Origin: Candidatus Bathyarchaeota archaeon
GTDB lineage: Archaea; Thermoproteota; Bathyarchaeia; TCS64
DNA length: 64,000 nucleotides
NCBI GenBank assembly: GCA_963771885.1
Contig: CAVYVF010000023.1
Coordinates: 1 to 64,000, forward strand
Direction of reading: 5' to 3'
The notes beneath the pieces are model-generated. The model was given only the letters and a program-made list of their open reading frames with translations, ran no database searches and had not been told where the DNA came from. Every line of letters starts with the position of its first letter. Positions within the stretch are counted from its first letter, which is position 1. Both the position numbers and the translations under genes were made by a program. Below, one piece after another: positions 48,678-57,824 of the stretch.

Positions 48678-50261
48678 TCACGCCTTGAACCTGAGGGCGC
48701 CGGTCTTCGAGAGGCTCACGACGATCGGTTTGAGCCACGAGGGATCCTCGCGCGGGTAGTCCGTCCTGTAGTGGGCTCCGCGGCTCTCCTTTCTTTCCAT
48801 GGCTGCGCGTATTATCATCTCGGCGACCTCAAGCGCCATAGGCACCTCGAGTGCGACGAGCATGTCCCGCCCGTTCTTCGCAGTCATCCTATCCGCCATG
48901 AGCTTGAGGTCGAAGACCTCCTCGAAGGCCTCGGAAAGGCTCGCACTATCACGGATGATGCCCGCCTTCGCCCACATGGCCTCCCTGAGCCTGACCATGA
49001 TCTCGTAGGCGCCGTAGCCCTGATCCCTCCCAAGCAGGGTCTCGTATCGTTCTAACTCGGGCCTGGCGAGGTCCGTGACCTTCTCTTTCCTAGGGGCGTA
49101 TCCGGCTGCGGCTGCGCCCGCCCTCTGCCCGAAGACGAGTATGTCGGTGAGCGCGTTTCCACCGTGCCTGTTGGCGCCGTGTACGCCGCCGACGACCTCA
49201 CCTGCGGCGTAGAGGCCGGGGACACCGGTGTATCCCTGTTCGTCGATTATGACCCCGCCCATGTTGAAGTGGCAGATTGGGGCGACCCTGAATGGCTTCT
49301 CTGCCGCCTTGAGCTTGTCGACGAGGAGCTGATGCACGCCTTCGCCGGTGATCTGCCTATCGCTTCGATTCTTGAAGACCTCGCGGGCGTCGATCAGGAC
49401 GGAGCCGTCGACGCGTCCGCTCTGTGTGATCTCGGTCATGAGCGCCCTGCTCAGGAGGTCCCTACTCTTAAGGACAAGTGGGCGCGCCGTGAGCCCGTAC
49501 TTCTTGGGAATGTCCTCCCCGAGGCTGTTCATTATCTTCCCCTCCTCCGTGAGGGGTCCGCCGAGCAGGTAGGGTGGTTGACCCGGCTCAGCGAGTGCGA
49601 GCGGGAAGAACTGGACGAACTCCATGTCGCGCAGGCTCACCCCCGCGTGGAGCCCAAGGCTGTAGCCGTCCCCAGTCGTGCGTATCGGGCAGTCAGTCCT
49701 CTTGTATAGAGCACCTGCCCCACCGGATGCGAGAACGACCGCCCGAGCGGAGAAGACGACGGGCGTCTCATTCTTCACGTCGTAGCCAACAGCGCCGACC
49801 ACCACCTCACTCCTCTTGAGGAGTCTCGTCGTGACGATGTTGTCTAAGAACTCGACACCCTTGGACTGAGCATACTCGACCATGGGCTTCGTCATGCCGA
49901 GCCCCATAAGGTTGGGTATCGAGCCGACGGCTGCACCGTTCTTGTGGACGCGTACCTCGACGCCATAGTCCCTCATCTCGAGGATACGCTCAGGGCCCTC
50001 CCTTGTGAAGACCTCTACGAGGCGCCTGTCGTTCAGCCCCTTCCCCACCTCCATGGTGTCCCTCGCATGCTCCTCGGAGGTCATACCCTCGAGGGCTGCG
50101 CGGAAGCCGCCGCCAGCGACTACAGTACAGTTGTTCATCCCGGCGGGTGCCTTTGAGACGACTATCGTCTTCTTCCTGAGCCTGTTGACCTCGATGGCGG
50201 CTCGCAGCCCGGCCCCACCGGAACCGATTACGAGTACATCCGCGTCTACGGCGCTGACCAT
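48678..50261 (-). CDS. Fumarate reductase/succinate dehydrogenase flavoprotein-like subunit
   Basis: IGSGGAG, TTGDG, DMEFVQF, HFNMGG, HGANRHGGNAL, ESRGAH. Confidence 0.88.
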   Translation of the reverse strand: MVSAVDADVLVIGSGGAGLRAAIEVNRLRKKTIVVSKAPAGMNNCTVVAGGGFRAALEGMTSEEHARDTMEVGKGLNDRRLVEVFTREGPERILEMRDYGVEVRVHKNGAAVGSIPNLMGLGMTKPMVEYAQSKGVEFLDNIVTTRLLKRSEVVVGAVGYDVKNETPVVFSARAVVLASGGAGALYKRTDCPIRTTGDGYSLGLHAGVSLRDMEFVQFFPLALAEPGQPPYLLGGPLTEEGKIMNSLGEDIPKKYGLTARPLVLKSRDLLSRALMTEITQSGRVDGSVLIDAREVFKNRSDRQITGEGVHQLLVDKLKAAEKPFRVAPICHFNMGGVIIDEQGYTGVPGLYAAGEVVGGVHGANRHGGNALTDILVFGQRAGAAAAGYAPRKEKVTDLARPELERYETLLGRDQGYGAYEIMVRLREAMWAKAGIIRDSASLSEAFEEVFDLKLMADRMTAKNGRDMLVALEVPMALEVAEMIIRAAMERKESRGAHYRTDYPREDPSWLKPIVVSLSKTGALRFKA

Positions 50262-50294
50262 GGGATAGACGGGGCGCGAGGTTGGATAAAACGA

Positions 50295-50768
50295 CTACCC
50301 GGCGAAGGTGACGCGCTCTAGGCAGACCTCCTCAGCCGACTGACGCGCTATGACGTTCTCGACTCCTAGACGGGTGTCAAACTCCTTCAACGTCGCCTGT
50401 ATGGCGGGTAGGGTGAGGTTACTGCATAGACCCTTGAGAAAGATGTCACAATCGACGCCGACCTCGAGGAAGGCTTCGTGGAAGGGGCACCTGCGGACGA
50501 CGAAGGTTACGCTCCTGTCGTCCCTCTTGTGGATAGCGACATCCGCCCCGGCGTCCCTCATGAAGCGCATGTAGACCTCTGTACCCATCTCCAGTGGGGT
50601 GAGACCCACGGTCATCTGCCTTCTCATCTCCTTAGCAATGAGGGGACCCTGCTTCTCCGCCGATTCCATCAACTTGTCGAGGCTCGGCTGTGTGCCGAGG
50701 TCCTTGATGACCTCAATGATGTAGAGTGTCAATAACGTATACCCGCGGCGGACCCCCTCGGCAGACAT
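50295..50768 (-). CDS. Hypothetical protein, V4R/ATC-hydrolase-like fold
   Basis: VRRCPFHE..C..LC..C pattern. Confidence 0.6.
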   Translation of the reverse strand: MSAEGVRRGYTLLTLYIIEVIKDLGTQPSLDKLMESAEKQGPLIAKEMRRQMTVGLTPLEMGTEVYMRFMRDAGADVAIHKRDDRSVTFVVRRCPFHEAFLEVGVDCDIFLKGLCSNLTLPAIQATLKEFDTRLGVENVIARQSAEEVCLERVTFAG

Positions 50769-50815
50769 ACGGGTGGGCTTCTATGCCGCCGCGGGATAAA
50801 TGTTAACCCGCGTGA

Positions 50816-50992
50816 CTAGAGGGGAACCGGGTCGCAGAGGTTTTTCGCCTCTCCTGCGGCTCGCCCGCATATCCGGCAGAGGAACTTAGGGTTCCTCACG
50901 AGCTCCTTGTACTCGGGGAGCTCCATCCCCTCGGCGACGAGGCTGCAGAGGTGCTGGTCGTGTCCGACGTGTGGCTTCTCGTAGAGAGGCAT
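50816..50992 (-). CDS. 58-aa Cys/His metal-binding microprotein, absent from the ORF track
   Basis: Translated by hand: MPLYEKPHVGHDQHLCSLVAEGMELPEYKELVRNPKFLCRICGRAAGEAKNLCDPVPL; GGTGA SD upstream. Confidence 0.82.
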   Translation of the reverse strand: MPLYEKPHVGHDQHLCSLVAEGMELPEYKELVRNPKFLCRICGRAAGEAKNLCDPVPL

Positions 50993-51037
50993 CCGTTCAC
51001 CGGGTCGAGGTGTGGAATGGTAGCGGATAAACGTTGA

Positions 51038-51847
51038 TCAGCTTAGCCTTCGCCACGCAGCGGTGGCGAGGAAGAAGGCGACGAGCGTGAAAACGATGAC
51101 GCCACTAGTCGCCACGTTGAAGAGGGCGGAGGCGAAGACGCCGACGAGGACGCTCGTAACCCCGAGCAGTATCGCCGTTATCGAAGTATCCCTGAAGTTC
51201 ATGCCTAATTGGAGCGCAGTGAGCCCGGGTATAACGAGGAGCGCTGCTACGAGTATCATGCCTACCACCTTTATACTGAGCACGATGGTAAAGGCGACGA
51301 GTACGTTGAGGATCGTGGAGAGCAGCCCGACGGGAACCCCCATAAGGCGTGAAGACTCCTCGTCGAAGGTGATGCTGAGCAACTCCTTATAGAAGACGCC
51401 TATGACGGCGATACTGACGAGCCCGAGCCCCGTCACGATGATGAGGTCGTTGAGCCCGATTGTGAGGATGGAGCCAAAGAGGTAACTGAATAGGTCGACG
51501 TTGAAGCCCCCGGCAAGGCTGATGAGTATGAGGCCGGTGCTGAATCCCACGGAGAGCATGACGGCTATCGCCGAGTCGCTCTGGGCGAGCCCGTGGCGGC
51601 GCATGTAGCCTATAGCTAGGACGCCGAGTACGGAAACTATGAGTGCTGTGTATAGGGGGTTGACCCCGAGGAAAAGTCCCAGGGCGATGCCCCCAAAGCT
51701 GATGTGGGCGACTCCGTCGCCTATCATCGACTCCTTGCGGAGAATCACGAAGACGCCGACGAGGGCGCAGACAAGCGCCGCCACCGAGCCCCCCAGCAGC
51801 GCATACTGGAAGAACCGGTAACCCAGAAGGCTAATCGGGTCCGTCAT
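51038..51847 (-). CDS. znuB: Metal (Zn/Mn) ABC transporter permease
   Basis: MIGDGVAHISFGG, YLFGSILTI, VVGMILVAALLVIP. Confidence 0.88.
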   Translation of the reverse strand: MTDPISLLGYRFFQYALLGGSVAALVCALVGVFVILRKESMIGDGVAHISFGGIALGLFLGVNPLYTALIVSVLGVLAIGYMRRHGLAQSDSAIAVMLSVGFSTGLILISLAGGFNVDLFSYLFGSILTIGLNDLIIVTGLGLVSIAVIGVFYKELLSITFDEESSRLMGVPVGLLSTILNVLVAFTIVLSIKVVGMILVAALLVIPGLTALQLGMNFRDTSITAILLGVTSVLVGVFASALFNVATSGVIVFTLVAFFLATAAWRRLS

Positions 51848-52620
51848 CGTCGAATAGTCCCTCGCACATGTGCTCGTGGAACACGAAGTGGAAGTGTTCC
51901 CCGTACACCTTCTTTAAGGCCGTTGTGAAGGCAGCCTCGTCTCCTATGTCGGCGACGTTTACCTCCCTATTTACGCAGATTACCTTGCCCATCCTGCAGA
52001 ATACGGCGCTCAGGTCGTGGCTAACATCGATTATTGTAGTCCCCTTCAACCGGTTGAGGTTGCTAAGCTTCATGAAGAAGCGCTCCTGTGTCTCAGGGTC
52101 GACGCCGGCGACGGGCTCGTCGAGGAAGAGAACGTCTGGATCGCGGGCCATCGCCTTGGCGACGAAGACGCGCTGCTTCTGGCCTCCACTCAGCTGCCCT
52201 ATGCGCCTGTCGGCTAGGTCGGTGATGCCCATGAACTTGATCATCTCGTCGACGTGTCTCCAGTCCTCGGTTCCGAGGCGGCGCCCTATGTTGTTCCTAG
52301 TTATCCTACCGAGGCTAACGAGCTCACGGACGCTGAGTGGGAAGCTCTGGTCGAAGTTTGTAGCGTCCTGCCCCACGTAGGCGACTCGTTCCCAGTCTGC
52401 GGAACTGCTCCACAGGTGTCCCAAATAGCCTTATTGAGCCGGCGTCCCGTTGAAGGAGGCCCAGCGTCGCCTTGATTAGGGTCGTCTTCCCGCTGCCGTT
52501 TGGGCCGACGACACCGACGAAGTCGCCCCTGGATACGGTGAACGTGGCGTCCTTGATGACGGGTGCGACGCCCCTACTTATGGTGACGCCATCGACCTCT
52601 ATTACCGGCTGATCCATCAT
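51831..52620 (-). CDS. znuC: Metal ABC transporter ATPase, frameshift near 52401
   Basis: GPNGSGKTT in one frame; LSGGQKQR, LDEP and SHD in the next; His-rich tail. Confidence 0.85.
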
Positions 52621-53565
52621 TGATTCGAGTCCCATCCGCAGGTTTTCTAGGTTGTTTCCCATTTGGGCTAGGTAGTCGAGGCCGTCCTGATCGCCGTTCA
52701 TGTGGTAGAGGTTAAGAACCTCGACATGCTTCCCGGTCTGTGCCTGTAGCTCCACTTTTACTGTCTGGACATAGGCGTCGCTGTACCCCGGCTCAATGTA
52801 GATCGTATATGTGTCGGTCTGCTGCATCTGCTGGATTATCTGTATAAGGGCCTCAGTACCCGGCTGGGCGTCAGCGGAGATGCCGACTATGCTCTTCTGC
52901 TCGAAGCCGTAGCGGCGCGCGATGTAGCCGAAGGCGTCGTGTGTGACGAAGATGGAGGTTTTTGTTCTAGTAGAGAGCTGCGCTGAATAGGACGAGTCGA
53001 GCGTCGTGAGTGCCTCATTCAGGGTGTTCCACCTTTCTGTGTAGCCGTCGGCGTTGGCTGGGTCGTGTCGCATGAGTGCATCGTAGATCGCCTCCGCCTG
53101 TAGACGTGCCTCGTATGGGCTAACCCACGTGTGTGGGTCGTATGCGCCGTGCTCCTGTATCTCCGCCTGCTCGACGTTCCTGTACAGAGTGATGTTGGCT
53201 GTCGTATCGACTATAGCCTTACCCGACGCGTCTATCGAGGGCAGTATGTCGTCCCTGAGCCAGCCGTCGAGCCCCGCGCCATTGTAGACGATGATGTCCG
53301 CATCGCTGCAGGCGACGAGATCGCCGGAGGAGGGTTGCCAGCTGTGCGGCTCAAGGCCTGGGGGGATGAGGGTAGTGACCTCTACATCACTTCCCCCTAT
53401 CGCCTCGGTCATGTAGGCGAGTGGGTAGAAGGAGGCGACGATCCGGACCTTGCCGCTGCTCTGGGGCTGCGGCCGGGCTATGTATGCGGCGCCCATCGCA
53501 GTGACCGCTAGGGCGGCGAGCATGAGGGCGGCAGCGAGGCGTCTGTCCATCGTCAGGGTAGACAT
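52618..53565 (-). CDS. znuA: Metal ABC transporter substrate-binding protein (stop apparently lost by a 1-nt insertion)
   Basis: Signal anchor, VASFYPL, EPHSW, DPHTW, THDAF. Confidence 0.85.
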
Positions 53566-53575
53566 CAGAGGCCGA

Positions 53576-53639
53576 GTTAATAAACTATCTAGTAAATTCT
53601 TAATAACATATATTACTTACGGAGCCATTTTTTATTAAC
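53576..53639. promoter_or_regulatory. Divergent promoter region with inverted repeats
   Basis: GTTAATAAA (53576-53584) / TTTATTAAC (53631-53639); inner TAATA-N5-TATTA and AGTAA...TTACT. Confidence 0.5.
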
Positions 53640-53646
53640 GATTGAT

Positions 53647-54030
53647 ATGCCTGTAGTGAGTCTTTCGCTAAACGACCAACTCCTAGACGAACTCGACGGG
53701 ATACAGGGTGAATTAGGCTATTCGGGGCGTAGCGAGGCTGTACGTGCCGCCATACGCCTCTTCCTTGTTGACGGCAGGGAGAAGCAGAGGCTGGAGGGAA
53801 ACGTTAGCGGGCTGCTACTCGCCCTCCACAGCCACGGAGCAGAGCACCACGTGACCCAGATCAAGGGGCAATACCAGGACATCATAAACATGCAGCTCCA
53901 CAACAGGTTCCACGAGGGTAAGTGCATGGAGCTATTCCTCCTAGAGGGGGACGCGGCAAGGGTTAGAGAGCTCTCAGCGCAGCTGCAGAGGAACGAGGAG
54001 AACGAGTACGTCAAGCTGCTCATAATCTGA
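53647..54030 (+). CDS. NikR-family (RHH plus metal-binding domain) regulator
   Basis: VVSLSL..GYSGRSEAVRAAIR RHH; QLHNRFHEGKCMELFLLEG. Confidence 0.88.
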   Translation: MPVVSLSLNDQLLDELDGIQGELGYSGRSEAVRAAIRLFLVDGREKQRLEGNVSGLLLALHSHGAEHHVTQIKGQYQDIINMQLHNRFHEGKCMELFLLEGDAARVRELSAQLQRNEENEYVKLLII

Positions 54031-54081
54031 TTACCGGGACAAGCACGTTTTAACTAGTCCCGTGGTGCGTCTTCCCCTGTT

Positions 54082-54441
54082 ATGATCGAGAAAGTCAATT
54101 TTGGCGACGTGCCTAAAAAGGCGTTGAACGAGATTCATGGGGAGAAGGTTCTCTACCAAATTGTGTGGCGTTTCACGCCAAAGGCTGAGGTTCTCAAGGT
54201 GTTCAGGGGCGTCGCGCGGCTCACCGTGCCGCCAGGGGAAACAAACCTGATGCACAACCACGCGAAGGAAGAGCAGATCTACATAGTCCTGAGCGGGTCC
54301 GGGGAGATACAGGTCGGCGAGGAGAGAGCACCCGCTACCCCAGGTGACGTGATCTACCTCCCCGCGAACGTGTCACACGGCTTCTTCAACACTGGCGACA
54401 AGCCCGCTGTGATCCTTAACATCGGCGCCGGTGTCGCCTAG
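54082..54441 (+). CDS. Cupin domain protein
   Basis: HNHAKEEQIYIVLSG, PANVSHG. Confidence 0.88.
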   Translation: MIEKVNFGDVPKKALNEIHGEKVLYQIVWRFTPKAEVLKVFRGVARLTVPPGETNLMHNHAKEEQIYIVLSGSGEIQVGEERAPATPGDVIYLPANVSHGFFNTGDKPAVILNIGAGVA

Positions 54442-54478
54442 CGTCTTCTTTAAATCGGCTCCCCCGCTGGTTCAAGGC

Positions 54479-55090
54479 ATGAGATTCCTCGAGGCAAACG
54501 ACGAGGCGATAAAGGCGGCGGGTTATATGATGAGGGAGGGTGGGGTCGTCGTCTACCCCACCGAGACGGTCTACGGCATCGGCTGTCTACCCTCTGATCC
54601 CGACGCGACGCAGAGGATATGCGAGATCAAGCAGAGGGCGGACAAGCCATTGCCCCTGATCTGCGCCGACGTCGATGCGGCGAGGAAGATAGTCGAGATG
54701 ACATCTGAGGCGGAGAAACTCGCGGCAAAATTCTGGCCTGGGCCGCTTACCCTCGTGCTGAAATCGAAGGTGAAGTACGGCATGTGGGTGACCCACGGCG
54801 CGTCGACTCTCGGCGTGCGTGTCTCGCCCCACACCGTCGCCCAGAAACTCGCGAAGGCAGCTGGAGGAGTAATCGTCAGCACGAGTGCTAACGTATCGGG
54901 CGACCCACCGGCAAAGTCGGCGGAGGAGGCGAGAAAGATATTCGACGGTAAGGTAGACATTATCCTCGACGGCGGTCCCTCGCAGGGGGGCGAGTCATCG
55001 ACTGTTGTGGACCTGAGCAGCGAGGAGATATGGCTCCTGCGAAGGGGCCCGGTGACCGGCGAGGAGATAATGGCTGCTCTACGAGGCTAG
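54479..55090 (+). CDS. sua5: Threonylcarbamoyl-AMP synthase (Sua5/YrdC)
   Basis: YPTETVYG, KQR, WPGPLT, STSANVSG, SSTVVD. Confidence 0.93.
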   Translation: MRFLEANDEAIKAAGYMMREGGVVVYPTETVYGIGCLPSDPDATQRICEIKQRADKPLPLICADVDAARKIVEMTSEAEKLAAKFWPGPLTLVLKSKVKYGMWVTHGASTLGVRVSPHTVAQKLAKAAGGVIVSTSANVSGDPPAKSAEEARKIFDGKVDIILDGGPSQGGESSTVVDLSSEEIWLLRRGPVTGEEIMAALRG

Positions 55091-55971
55091 AGCTTCCAGC
55101 CTTTTGGCACAAGCTTCGCGATGTTGACGTTGAGCGGAGCCGCCACCGTGCGTGCGACGGGCTCGCATTTCGTGCGGAAGATGTACATGAGCGGACAGGG
55201 GGCGGGGACTTCGGTGAGGGTCTCCCAGTTCGCCATCCCCTTGGCGATGATGATGTCCGAGCCGTAGAAGCGCGAGTTGAACTCGCCACTCGTCTCCTCG
55301 AGGTTGACGCCTATCGCGTCGGCGCCCGTCGTGATGACCTCGTTGGCTTCCTTCGTCATGCCCACGGCTTCTGCATCCTCCATGAGTGCGTCATTAAGGC
55401 TCGGCCCCGCCTTGACGGCAACAGTCACGACTGCGCCAAGTCTGCGCAGCTCGCGGACGATGAGCGTGTCGAAGGCGATCTCCCCCGCGTTGTCGGTGAG
55501 GAGCAGGACATTCGCGCCCCTCTTGATGAGCTTTCTGAGCTTCTCGGAGTCGTCGATAGCGAAGCCCTCCTCGAGGCCCTTTAGTGCCTCCTGTATGTCG
55601 GCGTTGTGCCCGGGGACATCGAACTCGATGACATTTCCGATGCAGGCGACCATAAGCGCCGCGTAGAGGCGCTTTGCAGGTGGGTGTTTGTCGACGTACT
55701 CCCTCATCTTGGGGAGTATCTCAACGGCGAGGGTGTTGGACTTCGTCTTGAGGTCGGCGTATGGGTCCGTGCATCCGGTGATGGTCTTGAGGACCCTGCA
55801 GCGCTCGGCGCCAATGTAGCTTGGCACGGCGTCTGGGTGATAGCGCTCACCGAGCATCTCTAATAAGGCGGACATGGCTTTGACTCGCCTCTTCTCGTCC
55901 TTTGTGCTGCGCTGAATGATCTTGTGTCCGCGATGTAATATGCAGTAGCCGCACTCTGAGCCGACCTTCAT
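55087..55971 (-). CDS. ARMT1/DUF89 damage-control phosphatase
   Basis: ECGYC, DPYADLK, GNVIEF, DNAGEIAFD, NDA, AKGMANWE, KC. Confidence 0.88.
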   Translation of the reverse strand: MKVGSECGYCILHRGHKIIQRSTKDEKRRVKAMSALLEMLGERYHPDAVPSYIGAERCRVLKTITGCTDPYADLKTKSNTLAVEILPKMREYVDKHPPAKRLYAALMVACIGNVIEFDVPGHNADIQEALKGLEEGFAIDDSEKLRKLIKRGANVLLLTDNAGEIAFDTLIVRELRRLGAVVTVAVKAGPSLNDALMEDAEAVGMTKEANEVITTGADAIGVNLEETSGEFNSRFYGSDIIIAKGMANWETLTEVPAPCPLMYIFRTKCEPVARTVAAPLNVNIAKLVPKGWKL

Positions 55972-56088
55972 CTGGATCACGGGGGTGGGTGTGCGGCGGG
56001 ATTTATGGTTTGGGTGTATAGCGGATACTTTCGGTGTTCGATGCCCGCCCCTCAATCAACCTTCTTCTCTAAGAGATGTTCTGAGGCT

Positions 56089-56130
56089 TTCCCCTAAAAG
56101 GGGGAACCCGAAGCGACCTCTTTTCGGGTT
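56089..56130 (-). terminator. Hairpin(s) downstream of the microprotein gene
   Basis: AACCCGAA/TTCGGGTT inverted repeat at 56105-56130 overlapping TTCCCC/GGGGAA at 56089-56106. Confidence 0.45.
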
Positions 56131-56237
56131 TATGTCTTCGTCATGAAGTTGTAGAGGACCTTCATCACGAGTCCGAAAACGGCCCACTCGACGATGACGA
56201 TTACTGGGGTCCACATGGTGTAAATGTTTTCCAGCAC
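56130..56237 (-). CDS. 35-aa single-TM microprotein, absent from the ORF track
   Basis: Translated by hand: MLENIYTMWTPVIVIVEWAVFGLVMKVLYNFMTKT; GGTGA SD 4 nt before GTG, TATATA at 56268-56273, hairpin directly after the stop, GC3-rich codons. Confidence 0.65.
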   Translation of the reverse strand: MLENIYTMWTPVIVIVEWAVFGLVMKVLYNFMTKT

Positions 56238-56711
56238 TTGTTCACCATATATTTTCACCGACCGGGGTATATAGGTCGTCCTACGAGTTTATGTAAATTT
56301 ATGCGGATATGAATATATTTTTTTAACATGAACATTGAAAAAATGAGGGTTTCGGATCGACCCCGGATTGATAAATCATAGGAAAACAGGTAAAACACCA
56401 TGGCTTCTGCTCTTCGTCTATGTCATTCATTCTTTCTAAAGGCTTAGACTCCGGATAGGTTCATGCGATTTTTCAAAGACCACCTACCCGAGTCGTATAC
56501 ACTGATCCTGAAGGCGGACTGAAGGGCTCAAACCGTGACCTTGGTACGCTCTACTGCGTGGTCAACGCGGCGAGTGGGGAGGGTGATCGTCCTGGAGTGC
56601 ACAAGATCCATCTATGTGACTGGTTCCCCACGCCCGTCAACAAGACGTGAGACTGTTTCAGGGATATACTTTTCAGCGTCGCCCCGTGTAACCTCCCCAG
56701 CGGTGTGGTGT

Positions 56712-57284
56712 TTGGCGAGGCAGTACAACATCCTAGCGACAACTGAGAGGATAAACGAGGACAGGGCGGGTAGCGAACTCTGGATGCTTCTGCGCGCCGC
56801 GGGCGACGATACGCCCAAGGTGGAGCGGATGGGTATCTGGGGCATACTAGTCGCCAAGACTAACCTCGACCCCCCTGAGGCTGTCGCCAAGATCCGCGAG
56901 GAGTTCATAAAGAAGCCAGACGGGGTGCAAGCGCTTTTCCGCGTCATCCCAATTCAGCGCCTCGTTCCCACGACGCTTGACGAAATAGTCAAAGCTGCTA
57001 CTGAGCTCGGCACCGTAATCCCCTCCGACGCGAGCTATCGCATAACCGTGGAGAAGCGCCGCGTCAAACTCGGCAGTCATGAGATAATCGACGCCGTCGC
57101 CGACAAGTTCACCCAGAAAGTTAACCTCGATAACCCAGACTGGGTCATACTCATCGAAACTGCGGGCAAGCAGACGGGCGTCTCAGTCGTCCGCCCCTCC
57201 AGCACTTTGAACGTCCAAAAGGAGCGTGTCCGACTAGCGGCGGAGGCTAAGAAGCGCACCGCGCTCGACGATAAGACCGCCTAA
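56712..57284 (+). CDS. THUMP domain protein
   Basis: YNILATT, FRVIP, SYRITVEKR, KVNLDNPDWVILIE. Confidence 0.85.
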   Translation: MARQYNILATTERINEDRAGSELWMLLRAAGDDTPKVERMGIWGILVAKTNLDPPEAVAKIREEFIKKPDGVQALFRVIPIQRLVPTTLDEIVKAATELGTVIPSDASYRITVEKRRVKLGSHEIIDAVADKFTQKVNLDNPDWVILIETAGKQTGVSVVRPSSTLNVQKERVRLAAEAKKRTALDDKTA

Positions 57285-57782
57285 GGCCTTATCTCCACCC
57301 GCGGCGTCCAACTCGGCGTCGGATATCCCGTATGCCTTCTTTAGTATGGTTGCCTTTTCGTCATTCAGTTCAAGAACGCCATCGTCCTCCTCCCCTAGAA
57401 GCTTCGACACCTTCCTATAGGCGCTCTTTGCCTCTGCCTGGCTCGGGGAAAACACCATCAGTGCGATCAACTTTGTCTTCGCCGAGACGCCGAGCATGTC
57501 AAGCGCCTTCGTGATCTGGTCCTGCGCCGACGCGTATAGGAGCGCCTCGATGGTGATGTTCTTCGATAAGGCTAGCCCAGTCTCGGTGGAACGTGCTGCG
57601 TTGACCGCCGCCAGCCAGAGGTGGTCTCGTCCGGCGACGCGTCCGGCATCCACTATTTGCGCCGCGTGGGGAGAAGCGATTTCACCCACCAGCTTAACGA
57701 GCGTTTTCGGGTCAGAAACCTGTAACCTGAATCCGCCTATGGCGACGAAGAAACGCGAATCCTTGACACCCGAAATCCACAT
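57234..57782 (-). CDS. cgi121: KEOPS complex subunit Cgi121
   Basis: VAGRDHLWLAAVNA, IEALLYASAQDQITKAL, LIVERGALL. Confidence 0.85.
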   Translation of the reverse strand: MWISGVKDSRFFVAIGGFRLQVSDPKTLVKLVGEIASPHAAQIVDAGRVAGRDHLWLAAVNAARSTETGLALSKNITIEALLYASAQDQITKALDMLGVSAKTKLIALMVFSPSQAEAKSAYRKVSKLLGEEDDGVLELNDEKATILKKAYGISDAELDAAGGDKALGGLIVERGALLSLRR

Positions 57783-57824
57783 GACTGAACCCAAGCAGAC
57801 AAACCGTAGACCGGGTTATAGCCG

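Noticed and set aside
52324..53565. Apparent ZnuA-ZnuC fusion in the ORF track
   Set aside because: An extracellular binding protein fused to a cytoplasmic ATPase without a TM linker is topologically implausible; removing one A from TCAATGATG gives the usual TGATG stop/start overlap
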